A DNA stretch of 64,000 nucleotides, filler included, from Lenisia limosa (taxonomy: Eukaryota; Protista; Breviatea), in assembly GCA_001655205.1 (NCBI GenBank). It is 11 parts of 11 records of this genome, joined end to end, with 100 filler letters (N's around TTAATTAATTAA, not from the genome) between each part and the next. Parts side by side here need not be neighbours in the genome. Positions count along the whole stretch, not along the records: positions 10,436 to 15,629 come from LPNZ01010912.1; positions 15,730 to 20,235 come from LPNZ01008299.1; positions 20,336 to 29,084 come from LPNZ01010935.1; 8 more parts are not named here. One strand, 5' to 3'. Positions 10,538 to 24,472 of the stretch are shown piece by piece. Numbering within the stretch: the first letter of the stretch is position 1; each line of letters begins with the position of its first letter. Position numbers and translations under genes: made by a program. Under the pieces are notes generated by a model. It did no database searches. It saw only the letters and a list, made by a program, of their open reading frames with translations, and was not told where the DNA came from.

Positions 10538-13500
10538 CTGGCTTAACTCTGGGTATATCACGTGCATCTCTGATGGCCATGTCGAACGTCTTTAAGAAAC
10601 TCGAGGGAGAAGACCTGCTTACTGACTGGGTTCGGGGGATCAAGTTATTTAGCTTTATTGAAGGTGTGTGGGAACGTTTTTAAAGAAATAAATAGAGCAA
10701 AGGAAAAATGGAATGAGTACCAATGTATATTATTCTTTTATAAAGCCGAGTCATTATTCGACGCTGTATGCCTTCACTCAGCTCGTATTTTGAAGTATCC
10801 TTTGTTTCACTACATAGGGAATCACGCCTCCCTCCATCGAGGACGTTTTTATTCGCCTGGCTTCCACTCCTCTTGAGGATGCCAATGACCTGGGTTGGTG
10901 GAATGATTTTTTGTTTTGTTTTGTTATATTTTTTGATTAAAAATAACCATTTTGTGTTTTGTTTTTTTCAACCAGAGTCTGTTATTAGTTTTATTTCACC
11001 ATTAATATGATAATTACTATTATTAGTTTTATTATTATTTATTTATGTTTTGGTGATTTTGATTACCACTATTTTGATTTTGAAGCATTGGGTAACCGCA
11101 TTTATACAAAATAAGGATGTATCTGGCCGAAGCCGTCCATATCATCACGCTTATAAGAGATATTGAATTGTAGTGTAATATTAATTCATACAGGTATTGA
11201 AGCCGTGGTCTGCCAACGATGCCATATGAGAGCACCCACCCGCGTGACCGTCTATCTTGCCAAGGGTTTTTGGGGAAAATATCGAGGGACGTACACCGGG
11301 TTGCAGAAGCGACTGACCTGGGCTTTGTATGTTTTGTTGTTATCAACACTTGAATGCTGTGAATCAGCAGAGTTTATTTGGGCTTTTTGTTTCATAAATT
11401 TTCCAATTTTACCCCGATCAGGCCGTGCTGTAGAAATCGATAACACGGTGTGCGCCATGTGCGCAGGCGTGGAGGATAAATCCGAAGAGGCGTCCGCAGC
11501 CGCTCCAAAAGCCCAATCACTGTACCCCTCAGGTTTGGAGTTTAATACGATTGATTTAATAATGCAATAAAATCATAATAATTTTTAGGCTCAGTGCAAT
11601 TATTTGGAAAAAATAATTGCAAAATTTGAAATGAGACCTACTGTAACGGGAATCCAATTTGAGACACTTGAANNNNNNNNNNNNNNNNNNNNNNNNNNNN
11701 NNNNNNNNNNNNNNNNNNNNNNNNNNNNNNNNNNNNNNNNNNNNNNNNNNNNNNNNNNNNNNNNNNNNNNNNNNNNNNNNNNNNNNNNNNNNNNNNNNNN
11801 NNNNNNNNNNNNNNNNNNNNNNNNNNNNNNNNNNNNTACTGGCCTTCAGACAAGGCCCTCCCAGAAGGCCAAGTTCCTATGGTGGTGGGTGAAACGAATA
11901 TGACATTTAACGAGGATATTTCTATAACCACATGTATATATCGATATGTATTAATCGATATTTACTAAGGATTTATCTAGGCTTTCAAAGATGATATCTA
12001 GACTGTCCAACAACTGGTATTTGTTTGTTTTGTTGTTTTCAACCCTTGTAGGTTGTTTTTGTTTGGAGTTTCAGATTATTTGGTTCGTGATCAGTACCTT
12101 TACGCCAATATTTTTCATCGAAATTTCCTTCGTTTTACCCCCCTCCCAGGAATTGAACGAAATCGGCTCTCCTGGTACAGCAAGCCCTGAACCGAATATC
12201 GAAGAGAGCTCTCTCCTTGCTGAATCGGCGGGNNNNNNNNNNNNNNNNNNNNNNNNNNNNNNNNNNNNNNNNNNNNNNNNNNNNNNNNNNNNNNNNNNNN
12301 NNNNNNNNNNNNNNNNNNNNNNNNNNNNNNNNNNNNNNNNNNNNNNNNNNNNNNNNNNNNNNNNNNNNNNNNNNNNNNNNNNNNNNNNNNNNNNNNNNNN
12401 NNNNNNNNNNNNNNNNNNNNNNNNNNNNNNNNNNNNNNNNNNNNNNNNNNNNNNNNNNNCGCAATCTTATTGGAGCAAAGGCTAACGTGAGGGGGATAAG
12501 GGTTTAGCTAATGTGTGTATTACCCAAATTGAGACTTCGTACCCGCAATATTAATTTCTGAGCCGATTTTTAATTCTGTAGCTCATATCAAGACTCATTC
12601 TGATTAGTATTGACCTTTTTAGCTGATCTGCATGCTGATCCTGCTTTTCTTCCTTTCGACCATGCTTCTCAGAATCAATGAAACAAAGGATATTCAGTTG
12701 GGNNNNNNNNNNNNNNNNNNNNNNNNNNNNNNNNNNNNNNNNNNNNNNNNNNNNNNNNNNNNNNNNNNNNNNNNNNNNNNNNNNNNNNNNNNNNNNNNNN
12801 NNNNNNNNNNNNNNNNNAAACTCCAAACAAATAACAAGCAAAAACACATGTACCATTTCTTTTTCAAAAAAGGGAGAGATATTCATTTATGATGCTCAAA
12901 TAATTAAATATCAGCACAGATGATTTTTTTCCCCATTTGCTCTAAGTAACTCCATAGATGCTTCACCACTTCCACCAAGAAAGACGGATGCACCACCACC
13001 AATTGGATTTTCCTCTACAAGAAACAGGCGCAATTCACCCCTAACGCCAACTACACCAGTCCTACTGTAAGCTGGTGGATATCTAGTCTTTTTTTGTTGT
13101 GCGTTTCAATTATTTCCATCTTACCTCACTCACCCGCGCAGACGTATTACCCAGTCTTGACCGATCCTAGTATCGCAAGAACATCCTTTACCGGACCTAG
13201 TATGTTTGGAAGAATTAATAATTTCTATTTACATATTATTTTTTATTTCTCATTGCTATCGATATATACATATATTACATATAAAAATGACCATACACAC
13301 ACACAATTCACACACATTCATTCAAATCACCCCCCCCCTCCTTGGGCTTCACTTCGGTTCTAAAAAAGACTGAATTTCTCGAAAAACTGTCGATATTTTT
13401 CTGGACTTTCGAACCGAAGTGAATCTCTACCTTGTACTCCCCTCCCCTTTTTAATTTTTCAGTCGACATCTTCGTTTCTGAAGACTCTGCTGGTGGGGGG

Positions 13501-15576
13501 GGGGGGGGAATNNNNNNNNNNNNNNNNNNNNNNNNNNNNNNNNNNNNNNNNNNNNNNNNNNNNNNNNNNNNNNNNNNNNNNNNNNNNNNNNNNNNNNNNN
13601 NNNNNNNNNGATCCTTATGAAGAAAAATTGCGACTCCTAAGTCATTATTTATATGAAAATTCGAAGAACTTTATGGGTTCTGCAAATACTCAGAATCCTG
13701 TTCAGGGTGGTCTACTTTTTCTTGGAATTCCCTAATTCTTTCCAGCAACCCCCACAATCCAAAATGACCCTGCTGTTATGCCACCTTTCTCTGAGGACGC
13801 GGTGCTGATTGAGAAGTACCTAGGAAGTCCCATGTTCAACTTTGTTGACAAAGACGTATGGGGGGGGGGGGATTAAAAATGAAACAAAAAGAAACGCAAA
13901 TCAACTCTAATTATATTGTATGTAGAGGGACTTCTCAACTACCCTTCCCGTCATAATTTTTAAACTTTTACTCCCTGTAGCCTATATGAGAAACATCACA
14001 TACAAATACACACACTCATACAGGGCTCATCTAAAAATGAGGTTCTTTAAAAAGTAGTCAGTAGTTGTAAAAAATAGCAAAGACGTCCCNNNNNNNNNNN
14101 NNNNNNNNNNNNNNNNNNNNNNNNNNNNNNNNNNNNNNNNNNNNNNNNNNNNNNNNNNNNNNNNNNNNNNNNNNNNNNNNNNNNNNNNNNNNNNNNNNNN
14201 NNNNNNNNNNNNNNNNNNNNNNNNNNNNNNNNNNNNNNNNNNNNNNNNNNNNNNNNNNNNNNNNNNNNNNNNNNNNNNNNNNNNNNNNNNNNNNNNNNNN
14301 NNNNNNNNNNNNNNNNNNNNNNNNNNNNNNNNNNNNNNNNNNNNNNNNNNNNNNNNNNNNNNNNNNNNNNNNNNNNNNNNNTATCGGCCCGGTTGCTAAC
14401 AACGATGCCGGATGGAGTTCTGATGAATCACTTTTTAACAGCACCTGGGGTTATGGTGTTAAGGTTGGAAGGGGGCCCTTTTTCATTTCTGGCTGCCCTT
14501 TTTTCCAGCTGGTTGATATAGTTAATCCACTATCTCTGATATGCGTGATTGGTGTGGACGGCTTCGGCCTGATATAACTTTATTTTTTTATTGTATTGCT
14601 GTACATATTATTAGGGCTTCCCTATGGTCCGAAAATGACTGTCAAAATATCAATATTTATCAAAGATATGTCGGAAAATTCAGTCTCTTTTTTTTTTGGG
14701 GGGGGGGGGNNNNNNNNNNNNNNNNNNNNNNNNNNNNNNNNNNNNNNNNNNNNNNNNNNNNNNNNNNNNNNNNNNNNNNNNNNNNNNNNNNNNNNNNNNN
14801 NNNNNNNNNNNNNNNNNNNNNNNNNNNNNNNNNNNNNNNNNNNNNNNNNNNNNNNNNNNNNNNNNNNNNNNNNNNNNNNNNNNNNNNNNNNNNNNNNNNN
14901 NNNNNNNNNNNNNNNNNNNNNNNNNNNNNNNNNNNNNNNNNNNNAGTTTTTGAAAATTATGGTAAATTGACAATATTTGACCAAATTTTAATGTTGAGAG
15001 AACTAAGCAATAATTTGTTTTCTCATCTCTAAACAAAATCGTTAACATTCAAAAATAATCGAAAGTCAAAAAATATTCAATTTAAAAAATATCATCAGTA
15101 ATAAATATCTATTACCCTAATCAACAGAAACGTGGCACGTGCCGGGCTTAACGTTCACACCTTCACTGCGGAGCACTTCAACTTCCACAGCTTCGTATGT
15201 GGGGTGCTTATAATACAGGGATTCCCTATGGTCCGAAAAAGACCTTTGAAATATCGATAGTTATCGATCATTTATCAAATTCAGTCTTTTTTAGGACCGT
15301 AGGGAATCCCTAATAATATACTTTTGGAGCTCAAATATGCTTTTAAAATGAAAAATGATTAAAATGGCGAAAAGCTATGGTCAAAACACTTTGTCAGCAC
15401 TGTACATACATATATGAGTACCTTTACTCCAATATTTTTCATCGAAATTTCCGTCGTTTTACTCACTCCTAGATGTACAACACATCCCTGATGTTCAGTC
15501 AGTCCATGTCCTTTGGCACTTTAGAGGAAAAATCCTCGGCTGCTGTCGCTCTCAGCTCCGCTTATTCCAGTAGGGG
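10538..15576 (+). CDS. ABC transporter subfamily A, internal fragment (end of NBD1, linker, start of second TMD/ECD)
   Basis: Exons 10538-10629 and 10818 onward splice to VFKKLEGEDLLTDW|GITPPSIEDVFIRL, matching the ABCA post-NBD motif (G-I-S/T-x-x-T/S-L-E-E/D-V-F-L). Later exons give RNLIGAKAN and a TM segment LICMLILLFFLSTMLL. Confidence 0.7.
12061..12149 (+). repeat. Family E intron-3'-end repeat
   Basis: TTCAGATTATTTGGTTCGTGATCAGTA..TACGCCAATATTTTTCATCGAAATTTCCTTCGTTTTACCCCCCTCCCAG. Copies at 15421-15472 (+), 18738-18775 (+), 19752-19812 (-), 47338-47410 (+) and 55673-55713 (-). Confidence 0.78.
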
Positions 15577-15779
15577 GTTACATTATTTGATTTTTTTTTT
15601 GTGTTTGTTTGTCGCCCGCAGTTCCGCGTNNNNNNNNNNNNNNNNNNNNNNNNNNNNNNNNNNNNNNNNNNNNTTAATTAATTAANNNNNNNNNNNNNNN
15701 NNNNNNNNNNNNNNNNNNNNNNNNNNNNNACACACACACAACCATCTTTATTCTTATTCTATCACCTCATCCCCCCAAC

Positions 15780-18700
15780 CATCATCGTCATCTTGATGAA
15801 CGGAAATAGGGACGGGAACGCTATTATGCCGTTTTTGCTCCAAAGGCGCCAATTCTTCAACGTCGCGGGGTGCTGTGCCGGCTGATAGAAGCCCGACAAC
15901 TGCCTAATATGGTAAGTAGGAAAGAGACAATATGGTAAGTGTGAAAGAGATAATTGCCTAATATGGTAAGTGTGAAAGAGACAAGTGCCTAAATATGGTA
16001 AGGACAGAAACTGAATAAATTAAAAGGAGATTTAATGCCACCCCCATCATAATCATACGCCCTTCAGGGTACCTTCAAAGTTCGGTCGTCGACGCACACG
16101 TCCATTTCCTGAAGAAGGAACGTAGCGTATGGGATGATGACAACAGACTGTCCGACATTGGACTTGAGAATTGAAACCTGGGGTGTGAAACGGGCAATAT
16201 TTTCAGCTATACAGTGACGGGGATAAGTCTTGACCGATTTTCCTTGGGAAATCAGATAGCAAATTGGTCAGGACTTATCCTGGTCACTGAATGTATAAAA
16301 CTAAATTGGAAGGGCGATATTAAAATTGAAAAGAAGCATGAAACAATTGAATACCCCCCCCCCTCTTCCTACAAAAATAGCTACCAATTTTCCCCACCTC
16401 CAATGTCGGTTTAGCCCTGGACTTGGCCACTTGCGAGATCATAAGCGGACTAAAGGCCAAAGGCATAGCGTTGTCAACCTGGCTGATTAATGCTACAAAG
16501 ACAGGTGATTAATATGTTTAAAGTAAGGCTTCCCTACGTCCAAAAAAAGATTGAATTTTCGATAAATCCTCGAAAAATATCGATATTTTACCGGTCTTTA
16601 TCGGACTGCGGCCTATTAAAACAACGTGGTGATTAATGCTTTAAGGGGCGCGTGGGTAAAATTGGGAAATTATTAAAAAAAAACCCTCCAAATCAACTCT
16701 GTTGGTATACCGTACTCCCCCCAACCTGGAAGTTTTCTACAACCATATGGAACTGTAAATCCTGGGGGGTAAGAGTAGTTTAAATAACACAAAGATACAG
16801 AAGACATCCCCAGATTATATTTCTGAAACCTCTTCCTCTCAAAAACAAACAAAAAAAACAAAAACAAAACACACAACAAACCAACCACACAACAAAATCG
16901 CACCTTGATGGAGTTTGAAAGGTCAATAGTCAGCTCCTCAAATCCGATATATGCTAGCTCCCGCGCGGAGTAATTTCCTGGGGGGGGGGGNNNNNNNNNN
17001 NNNNNNNNNNNNNNNNNNNNNNNNNNNNNNNNNNNNNNNNNNNNNNNNNNNNNNNNNNNNNNNNNNNNNNNNNNNNNNNNNNNNNNNNNNNNAAAGGAAA
17101 AGTAGTTTCCTGGGGGTGTGGGGTTTGTGAAAGGCCAGTTTCGAATACATTTCGCTAATCTTGAAGAATTAAATCGTGGATAGAGGCTCGATATTTGCTC
17201 GATATTTGCTCGATCAGTTCTTAAAGAATATTCTCACACATCCCTCCCAACCAGTCATGCCTATCTTGGATTCAACCAGGGAAATGCCTATTCGTGGGAA
17301 CTTAAAGCTTGTCCTAAAAGAGGGGGGGGGGGTGAAATTGGAAAATTTATGAAAAAAATAAATAAAATAAAGCCCAAAATCAACTTTAACGGCTGACAAC
17401 ATACGAGAGTTGATAACAACAAAAACACAAACAAAGNNNNNNNNNNNNNNNNNNNNNNNNNNNNNNNNNNNNNNNNNNNNNNNNNNNNNNNNNNNNNNNN
17501 NNNNNNNNNNNNNNNNNNNNNNNNNAAAATTTTGATGAAGAGCAATAGCGTAAAGGTACTCATGCCCACCAAACAATAAAATCACTTTCAAATCCTCAGC
17601 AAAATAACACAAACAACTGCAATAATGACACAAAGAACAACAATAACAACACCATCAACATACCATCACCACCACCACCATCATCACCGCTAAAAGTAAC
17701 AAAAAAAAACAACTTACACGAGGAATGGCGACGCTGCGATAGTGCCTATTTCTACGCAATTGGCATCACCCAGGGGCACGGCCGAAGCTACATTAATTAA
17801 AGGTTGTTAGATGGTATGTATGTTGATATTAGATATAGATGTGGTAGATGTTGATTATCTCATCGGTAAGGGTTTTTACGCATTTTATTGCACATAAATA
17901 TTCTATCTAACTTCATAGAGTTATTGGTTGGATTTTGGATGTTGTTCTTTTTGACCCTTCTCATTAAAGCTTGGCCTTCATTTTCCAAAAGCCTGACCAA
18001 ATATCGATATTCATCGAGGATTTATCGAGAATTCAATCTTTTTTGGACCGAAAGTGAACCCAACTATGTTTTCACTCTGGTCCGAAAAAGACCTGTAAAA
18101 TATCGGAAATCAGTATTTTTTGGAACCCAAGCGAAGCTCTTAAAAGCCCTGCTCACTGGAGACTAAGCTAGCGTTACTGGCAGTGTCACTAGGTGGCGTT
18201 CCAGGCACGGGGGGTGCAGCGGCCTTCACTTTTGTAGCCTAAGGCGTTGGGAAATGTCATTTTTATTTAAGATATTACTTGCTATCCCAGATAACATTGT
18301 TAGTTCAGATATCATTTTATTTGAATTATCATTTTCATTTAAATTTTCATTTTTATTTAGTGTGTACGTACCCATCCCACCTGTCCATATTGGCCTCTTT
18401 TTCGGGTGTAGTAGATGTGCAGAGCCTATAGTTGGTAAGGGAGGAGCGGGGGAGAGGGGGGAGAGAAGTAAATGGGAGAATTTATATATAACAAAAAAAC
18501 AAAACAAAAATAAAACTCAATTGGCGAGCTAGTAACATACGAGGGTTGATAACAACGCAACAGCCAAAGCCCAGGCCANNNNNNNNNNNNNNNNNNNNNN
18601 NNNNNNNNNNNNNNNNNNNNNNNNNNNNNNNNNNNNNNNNNNNNNNNNNNNNNNNNNNNNNNNNNNNNNNNNNNNNNNNNNNNNNNNNNNNNNNNNNNNN

Positions 18701-20146
18701 NNNNNNNNNNNNNNNNNNGGAGAGGGCTGCGCCACCATTACGCCAATATTCTTCATCTAAATTTCCTCCTCACTACTTCTTTATCATCAATAGTACATAT
18801 ATATAATGTCAGATATGTGACCACAATAGTCAGAAAATAGTACCAGTTCTATTCCTTACCCACCTTAGTCGGCCCCTCGGGTCGGACTTCGATCCACACA
18901 CCAGGGATGGTGCTGTACCCCATGTTCTTCAAGCTCTTCTGGGGAGAGGGAATAGTAAAATAGCAGGTTCTTACATAGGAAGTATTACAAGGGCGTGTAG
19001 TTGAGGTGCGGGGGAGGGAGGTAAAAGAGATTTTATAAAGCAGAACAGCCTGGAATCAACTCTGTTGGACCCCAAAACCATCATCAACTGCACCACTTAA
19101 AGTTTGTTATCCTCTTCTCACCACTTGCAGTTTCTTGTACTTCCGCACGCAGTCCAGTGAGAAGTTACCGTCGATAATGGAGTCCATTACCCTCAGGCGG
19201 ATTGATAGGTTATCATCTAGGACGTCCCACGTGTACGCCTCCGATGACTGGGGGGTGGGGTGGGTAAAACTGTGTGTGTTTTGTGTGTGTGTTTGTTAGA
19301 ATATGAAGTATAAGTGGATGAACCCCCACCTGGGCCGGCACGACAGTGACATAGGGACAATGGACTTGGTGGAAAGTTACGATTTTAGGAGTGTGATTGA
19401 CAATCTGGATGGTGATGATCGACTACTATTTTTACCTGAAATGGGGGGAAACAAACAAAAAAAAAAAAAGGATTACTTTATGGAAAAAAGACTTACTTTA
19501 TACGGAGGGAAGCCTGNNNNNNNNNNNNNNNNNNNNNNNNNNNNNNNNNNNNNNNNNNNNNNNNNNNNNNNNNNNNNNNNNNNNNNNNNNNNNNNNNNNN
19601 NNNNNNNNNNNNNNNNNNNNNNNNNNNNNNNNNNNNNNNNNNNNNNNNNNNNNNNNNNNNNNNNNNNNNNNNNNNNNNNNNNNNNNNNNNNNNNNNNNNN
19701 NNNNGGACAACTTATGAAACAAAAGATCCTAAAATCAACTCTGTTGGCCTGGGGTAGGACGATGAAGAATATTGGTGTAATATTAATCACGAACCGAATA
19801 ATCTGAAACTTCAATGTTGGAGGTGGGAGTGAATATGAATGATGTACCTTGGCCATCTATGTATATGTGACTATACAGTATATACACATGATGATATTAG
19901 ACTATTTATGAAATAGAATTATCCACTATTGATGTATAATACACATTATTTGATAAGACCACCACCTCCTCCCACTCTTTATACACCATATCCACTATTG
20001 ATGTATAATACACATTATTTGATAAGACCACCACCTCCTCCCACTCTTTATACACCATATCCACAATCTTTCCCGCCCACCCTTGGAGCTTTCAGGGCCT
20101 TGGAGCCTGCCTTCAGCGGCTGTGGCACTTCTCCCGCTAATGGCAA
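15780..20146 (-). CDS. VPS13: VPS13-family lipid transfer protein, internal fragment
   Basis: Exons encode IGISLVES, RELAYIGFEELTIDL, VDNAMPLAFSPLM and YATFLLQEMDVCVDD, in the order of the VPS13 motifs IGISLVD, ELLYI, QIDNQL and VLLQEMD. Confidence 0.8.
15885..16005. repeat. Family F degenerate tandem repeat (TGCCTAATATGGTAAGTG..AAAGAGAC), about four units
   Basis: A related, more decayed array lies at ~57955-58150 on another contig. Confidence 0.6.
19920..20064. repeat. 69-bp tandem duplication near a VPS13 donor
   Basis: Two near-identical consecutive copies. Confidence 0.9.
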
Positions 20147-20337
20147 CTAAGGGGTAAGGTGAGAGAGAGAGAGAGCGAAAGAGAGACCGACTTAACTAAA
20201 ACACTTAACTTTAACTGGATATCCCCCCCCCCCCCNNNNNNNNNNNNNNNNNNNNNNNNNNNNNNNNNNNNNNNNNNNNTTAATTAATTAANNNNNNNNN
20301 NNNNNNNNNNNNNNNNNNNNNNNNNNNNNNNNNNNAG

Positions 20338-23300
20338 CCCCGACAACAACAGGAGTTTCGGTGAAGTAATCATGGAAGGCCTTGAGCACTCTGTTTTGAT
20401 TTGCCTGGACATGTCAGAGCAGCGCTTCACTTCGGTTCAAATAATAATTGAATTCTAGATAAATCCTCGATAAATATCTTTATTTTGATCGGTTGAAAAT
20501 AATGTTACTACAATTCAATATCACCTATAAGCGTGACGGTGTGGACGGCTTCGCCAGATACGATTCTCATAAAAAGAACTGCACTGAGTCGCATAACACA
20601 TTACACATTGCCAACCATTGTGGGGAAGTACTGGAGCTTGCCGGAAGAGCCGTTATAGGGGTAGGTGTGCCTGGGTTGGTAATCAATTGGGTTTCGGTGA
20701 AAAACAAGACAGTTTCTAGATCATCCTCATTAACAATCAATTATAAAGAACAATATATAATAGTATCGGTCATCAATATCTGGTCAAAGCCGTCCACACC
20801 ATACCGCCATCCTACCACTCTCCCCAGAAGCCCAATAAGCCGACTTGAGCCGATCCAAGGCGGCTGTCACCGTCATACTTCTCTCCAATATTTTTAATGA
20901 GTGTCTGAATGGTGATACAGACATTATGTTGAGGGGAAGTATTGGGAAATGTTTGAAAAAAGCCCCAAATCAACTCTGTTGGGGTGTGAAAAACAAAAAA
21001 ATCAACTCTGTTGTCTGAACAGTTGATACAGCATGCCCCCCCCCCCANNNNNNNNNNNNNNNNNNNNNNNNNNNNNNNNNNNNNNNNNNNNNNNNNNNNN
21101 NNNNNNNNNNNNNNNNNNNNNNNNNNNNNNNNNNNNNNNNNNNNNNNNNNNNNNNNNNNNNNGAAGGTGAGAGCATATTCATGATTGTATACAGATGAAA
21201 TACTCAAATATCACTATTTCCGCCTTTTGTCTCTTTGGGATAGGAAAACTATATAATTAATAAAGCTCCCCTTTTTGAATAGGAAAGCCCGCAATACCTT
21301 TGACCCCCATCGTGTTCAGTATATGTGCGAAGCTCAACAGGATTTTCTCCAGATAGAAGAAATTCAGGGATTGCTGAAGGGANNNNNNNNNNNNNNNNNN
21401 NNNNNNNNNNNNNNNNNNNNNNNNNNNNNNNNNNNNNNNNNNNNNNNNNNNNNNNNNNNNNNNNNNNNNNNNNNNNNNNNNNNNNNNNNNNNNNNNNNNN
21501 NNNNNNNNNNNNNNNNNNNNNNNNNNNNNNNNNNNNNNNNNNNNNNNNNNNNNNNNNNNNNNNNNNNNNNNNNNNNNTCTCTTTTTCTCAAAACCACGTG
21601 TTGCTCTGATTGTCTCATTATTCCTAACCTACCAATTGGTTTGCCGGGGTAGTCAATGCAGACTCTGAAGAGCAGTTGGATATCCTTCTCAGCTACCTAA
21701 TGCGTGTAATGAAGGAAGGGAGCGTCGCGGTTTATCGAGGTGACGAAGAAAGAAAATTGTTTTATGGTAGTGATAAAGGAAAGGATCGTGCTTATAGGAT
21801 TGATGAATGCGGTATCTCTATGAATTATTTTGCATCTCTTTGTTTTATTGATTTAGTGTATCTTCCTTATCTTCTTGCAACCAAAAAAAAAAAGCCTACT
21901 CCTTCCAAAATTTCCTCGAACACCGTACTATTGAAAACGCCAGGGGAAGGAACCAGTTCTGATTGTTAGTGGAATGTCAAGAAATGAGTAATGAAAAGGG
22001 GGTATTTTCTCAGAATAATATGTCAGCTGTGCATGGTACAATAAATTTCCCCACATTATGCAGAAATGAGAATAAGAAAAGGAGGATCTGGCCGAAGTCG
22101 TCCATAGAATTATCAGAGATATTGAATTATTGTAATGTTAAAGTACTGCCTTGCGCCACGGATTCGGATGTGGTTATTTATCAATAATTATCGAAAATTC
22201 AATCTAGGGCTAGTCCTTAAAGTGAACCTTATTCAAATAGGGCTGAAGTAAAGCCAACCCCATACCTTTCATGTAGAACATTTTGAACTCCATTGCGTGT
22301 GGAAATGTCGATTTAGTTGACCTCCCATCTGAAAAGCAATTAGGGAAATAGTGTGAAATTGAAACCGAAATACCTCTTCATTTATTGGGATACAGCTAAA
22401 TTGATCCTCCCTCCCCCATCACCCACAAAATGGAACAAACTTCCTTTCCCCCTTTAAAAAAAAAAATTCCCCTCCCCTCCCCCCCACAAAATGGCACAAA
22501 GCCCCTCATGGGATTCCATTCGCCGGCAGAGGGGTCGGCAGTCAGATCAGCTGTGTAGGATATTGAGGCAACAACTAGCGACACCAGCATGAGCGAGAAG
22601 ATGAGTCTGGGGGGGGGGAGGGTAACATTGGAAAATTTATGAGACAAAAAGCCCATATCAACTCTGTTGGCTGACAACACACGAGGATTGACAACAACAA
22701 AACACAAAATAGCCAAGGGGGGGGGGGNNNNNNNNNNNNNNNNNNNNNNNNNNNNNNNNNNNNNNNNNNNNNNNNNNNNNNNNNNNNNNNNNNNNNNNNN
22801 NNNNNNNNNNNNNNNNNNNNNNNNNNNNNNNNNNNNNNNNNNNNNNNNNNNNNNNNNNNNNNNNNTCCATCACGTATATAATCATATTATTTCACGGCTT
22901 CGCCCATATTACCATGTTTTATCTCATTTTGGCAAAATATATTACACTGCGTGCCATCAGGCAATCATGGTTGTGAGTGGAGCTATGGTGCAAAGAGTAG
23001 CCGATGGTAACCAAAATCTGTCATTATACCCATCCAACGATATAAAATAATACATCTAAAAGGTGTCTGAACGTAACACCTCATTCCATCTGCTTAAAAA
23101 TGATAGACTATTGTTAATTTGCTTCATTTGTTTATGATTGAACCTCCCACTTGATCATTGTTGCTCTTGACACTTCGGGAGTTCAGTGCTCTGGCTCGTT
23201 TTTACACCAAACAATATCAATTACTGTTAACACTCAGGGGTGAATTTGGGGTGAATAATTTGGTTTGGTGTCTTACAACCGATTGCGGTTGCTCAGTGAC

Positions 23301-24390
23301 TTTTCGGTTAGTTGAGGTTCCTTCTTCCTGCGCTGATATTTACTAACAACAGGAAATTAATGATAACTTCAACCGGAGGAGGCGCAGGGAGGCGAAAGTC
23401 AGCGAAAGCTTCCCTGTTCGCCGGCGGGGCTAACTCCGCTTGCACCTTCAAGAACCAGAGAGGAGAACCCGGCGGCGGATCGGGAAGAAAATATATCCTG
23501 GGGATGATATCAACAAATTAGGTTATATAAAATTAAGGTTTCAAAGCCTCTGTTTGATTGTCTTTTAGAAGTAAAGAACCTTACTACTGTATTGTTAACA
23601 AGATAATACCAGAATATCACTCAAGAATTCAACTGGTAAGCTCTTGATTGTTTCCATTTCTCCAAATAAGATAACCTTCATTTCTCCAGGCTATTCTAAC
23701 CTTTTAATTGAATTTCATAACGCAAAATGACCTCCTCAGGTATTCCGCACCCCAGTAGTCCAAAACCATGCACGCTTCACAGATCCCCTCAGGTTGGTCA
23801 TGCTCCTTCACCCCCTACACTTATCCAGCTCTTCTTTCTCTTCATAATCATAATAAATCACAATAGAACCGTGTTTTGGGGTGTGTTGGTGAATGTGGTG
23901 TTCCGAAGGCAGGTTGTCAAGATCACAGCCGTCGGCTTCCGAGCCAGCTGAATTCCTTGCAATAAGCCCCGCTTCCTCCCAGCAGGCCTTCAGGCATTGC
24001 TGGGGGGTCCCAGGAGTTGTTAAAACGTGTTAATATGGATGGAAAGATGACATAATCTTTCTCTTACCTGGATTTTGGCCTCTCCGAGCCGGCGGAGTCA
24101 ATTTTACCGACGGAATGTTCCGACACCGTCCACGTGTTAATGGCTCTAGGCTTCTGTATACCATATTTATTGTGCTTTCATGCTTTCTTAGAAAGCTGTG
24201 TGCACGGAGTGGCAAAGTAAATGATTGGGTGACTTGGGTCATTTTCGCACGTGTGAACCACCATTTTCCACGCATTGAAATGACACCTCATCTCGTATGG
24301 TAATTGACCGGCAGGTCTTAGTGATATCCCAATACACTCGGAATAGTATAATTCATTTGCCATTTCGACTCGACAGTCGAGCACCTGATC
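20338..24390 (-). CDS. Multi-exon protein of unknown function with a hydrophobic segment
   Basis: GT-AG exons at ~24290-24387 (VLDCRVEMANELYYSECIG), ~24070-24147, ~23880-23997, ~23345-23498, ~22488-22606 (LIFSLMLVSLVVASISYT), ~21635-21700 (VAEKDIQLLFRVCIDYPGKP), ~21297-21372 and ~20338-20405. Confidence 0.5.
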
Positions 24391-24472
24391 ATATAATTAG
24401 TGAAAATAGGATAGAAAAACATATAACTTTCTTATTGTTCAGATTACTCGCAGCACTTCTTTGAAACACCCA

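Noticed and set aside
14058-15048. ORF-track entries that are mostly X
   Set aside because: They are open only because N codons cannot be stops, so they are not evidence of coding.
21275-22060. Nested plus-strand gene suggested by the ORF track
   Set aside because: The same GC-richer patches read as GT-AG bounded exons on the minus strand, consistent with the flanking exons and with family C orientation.
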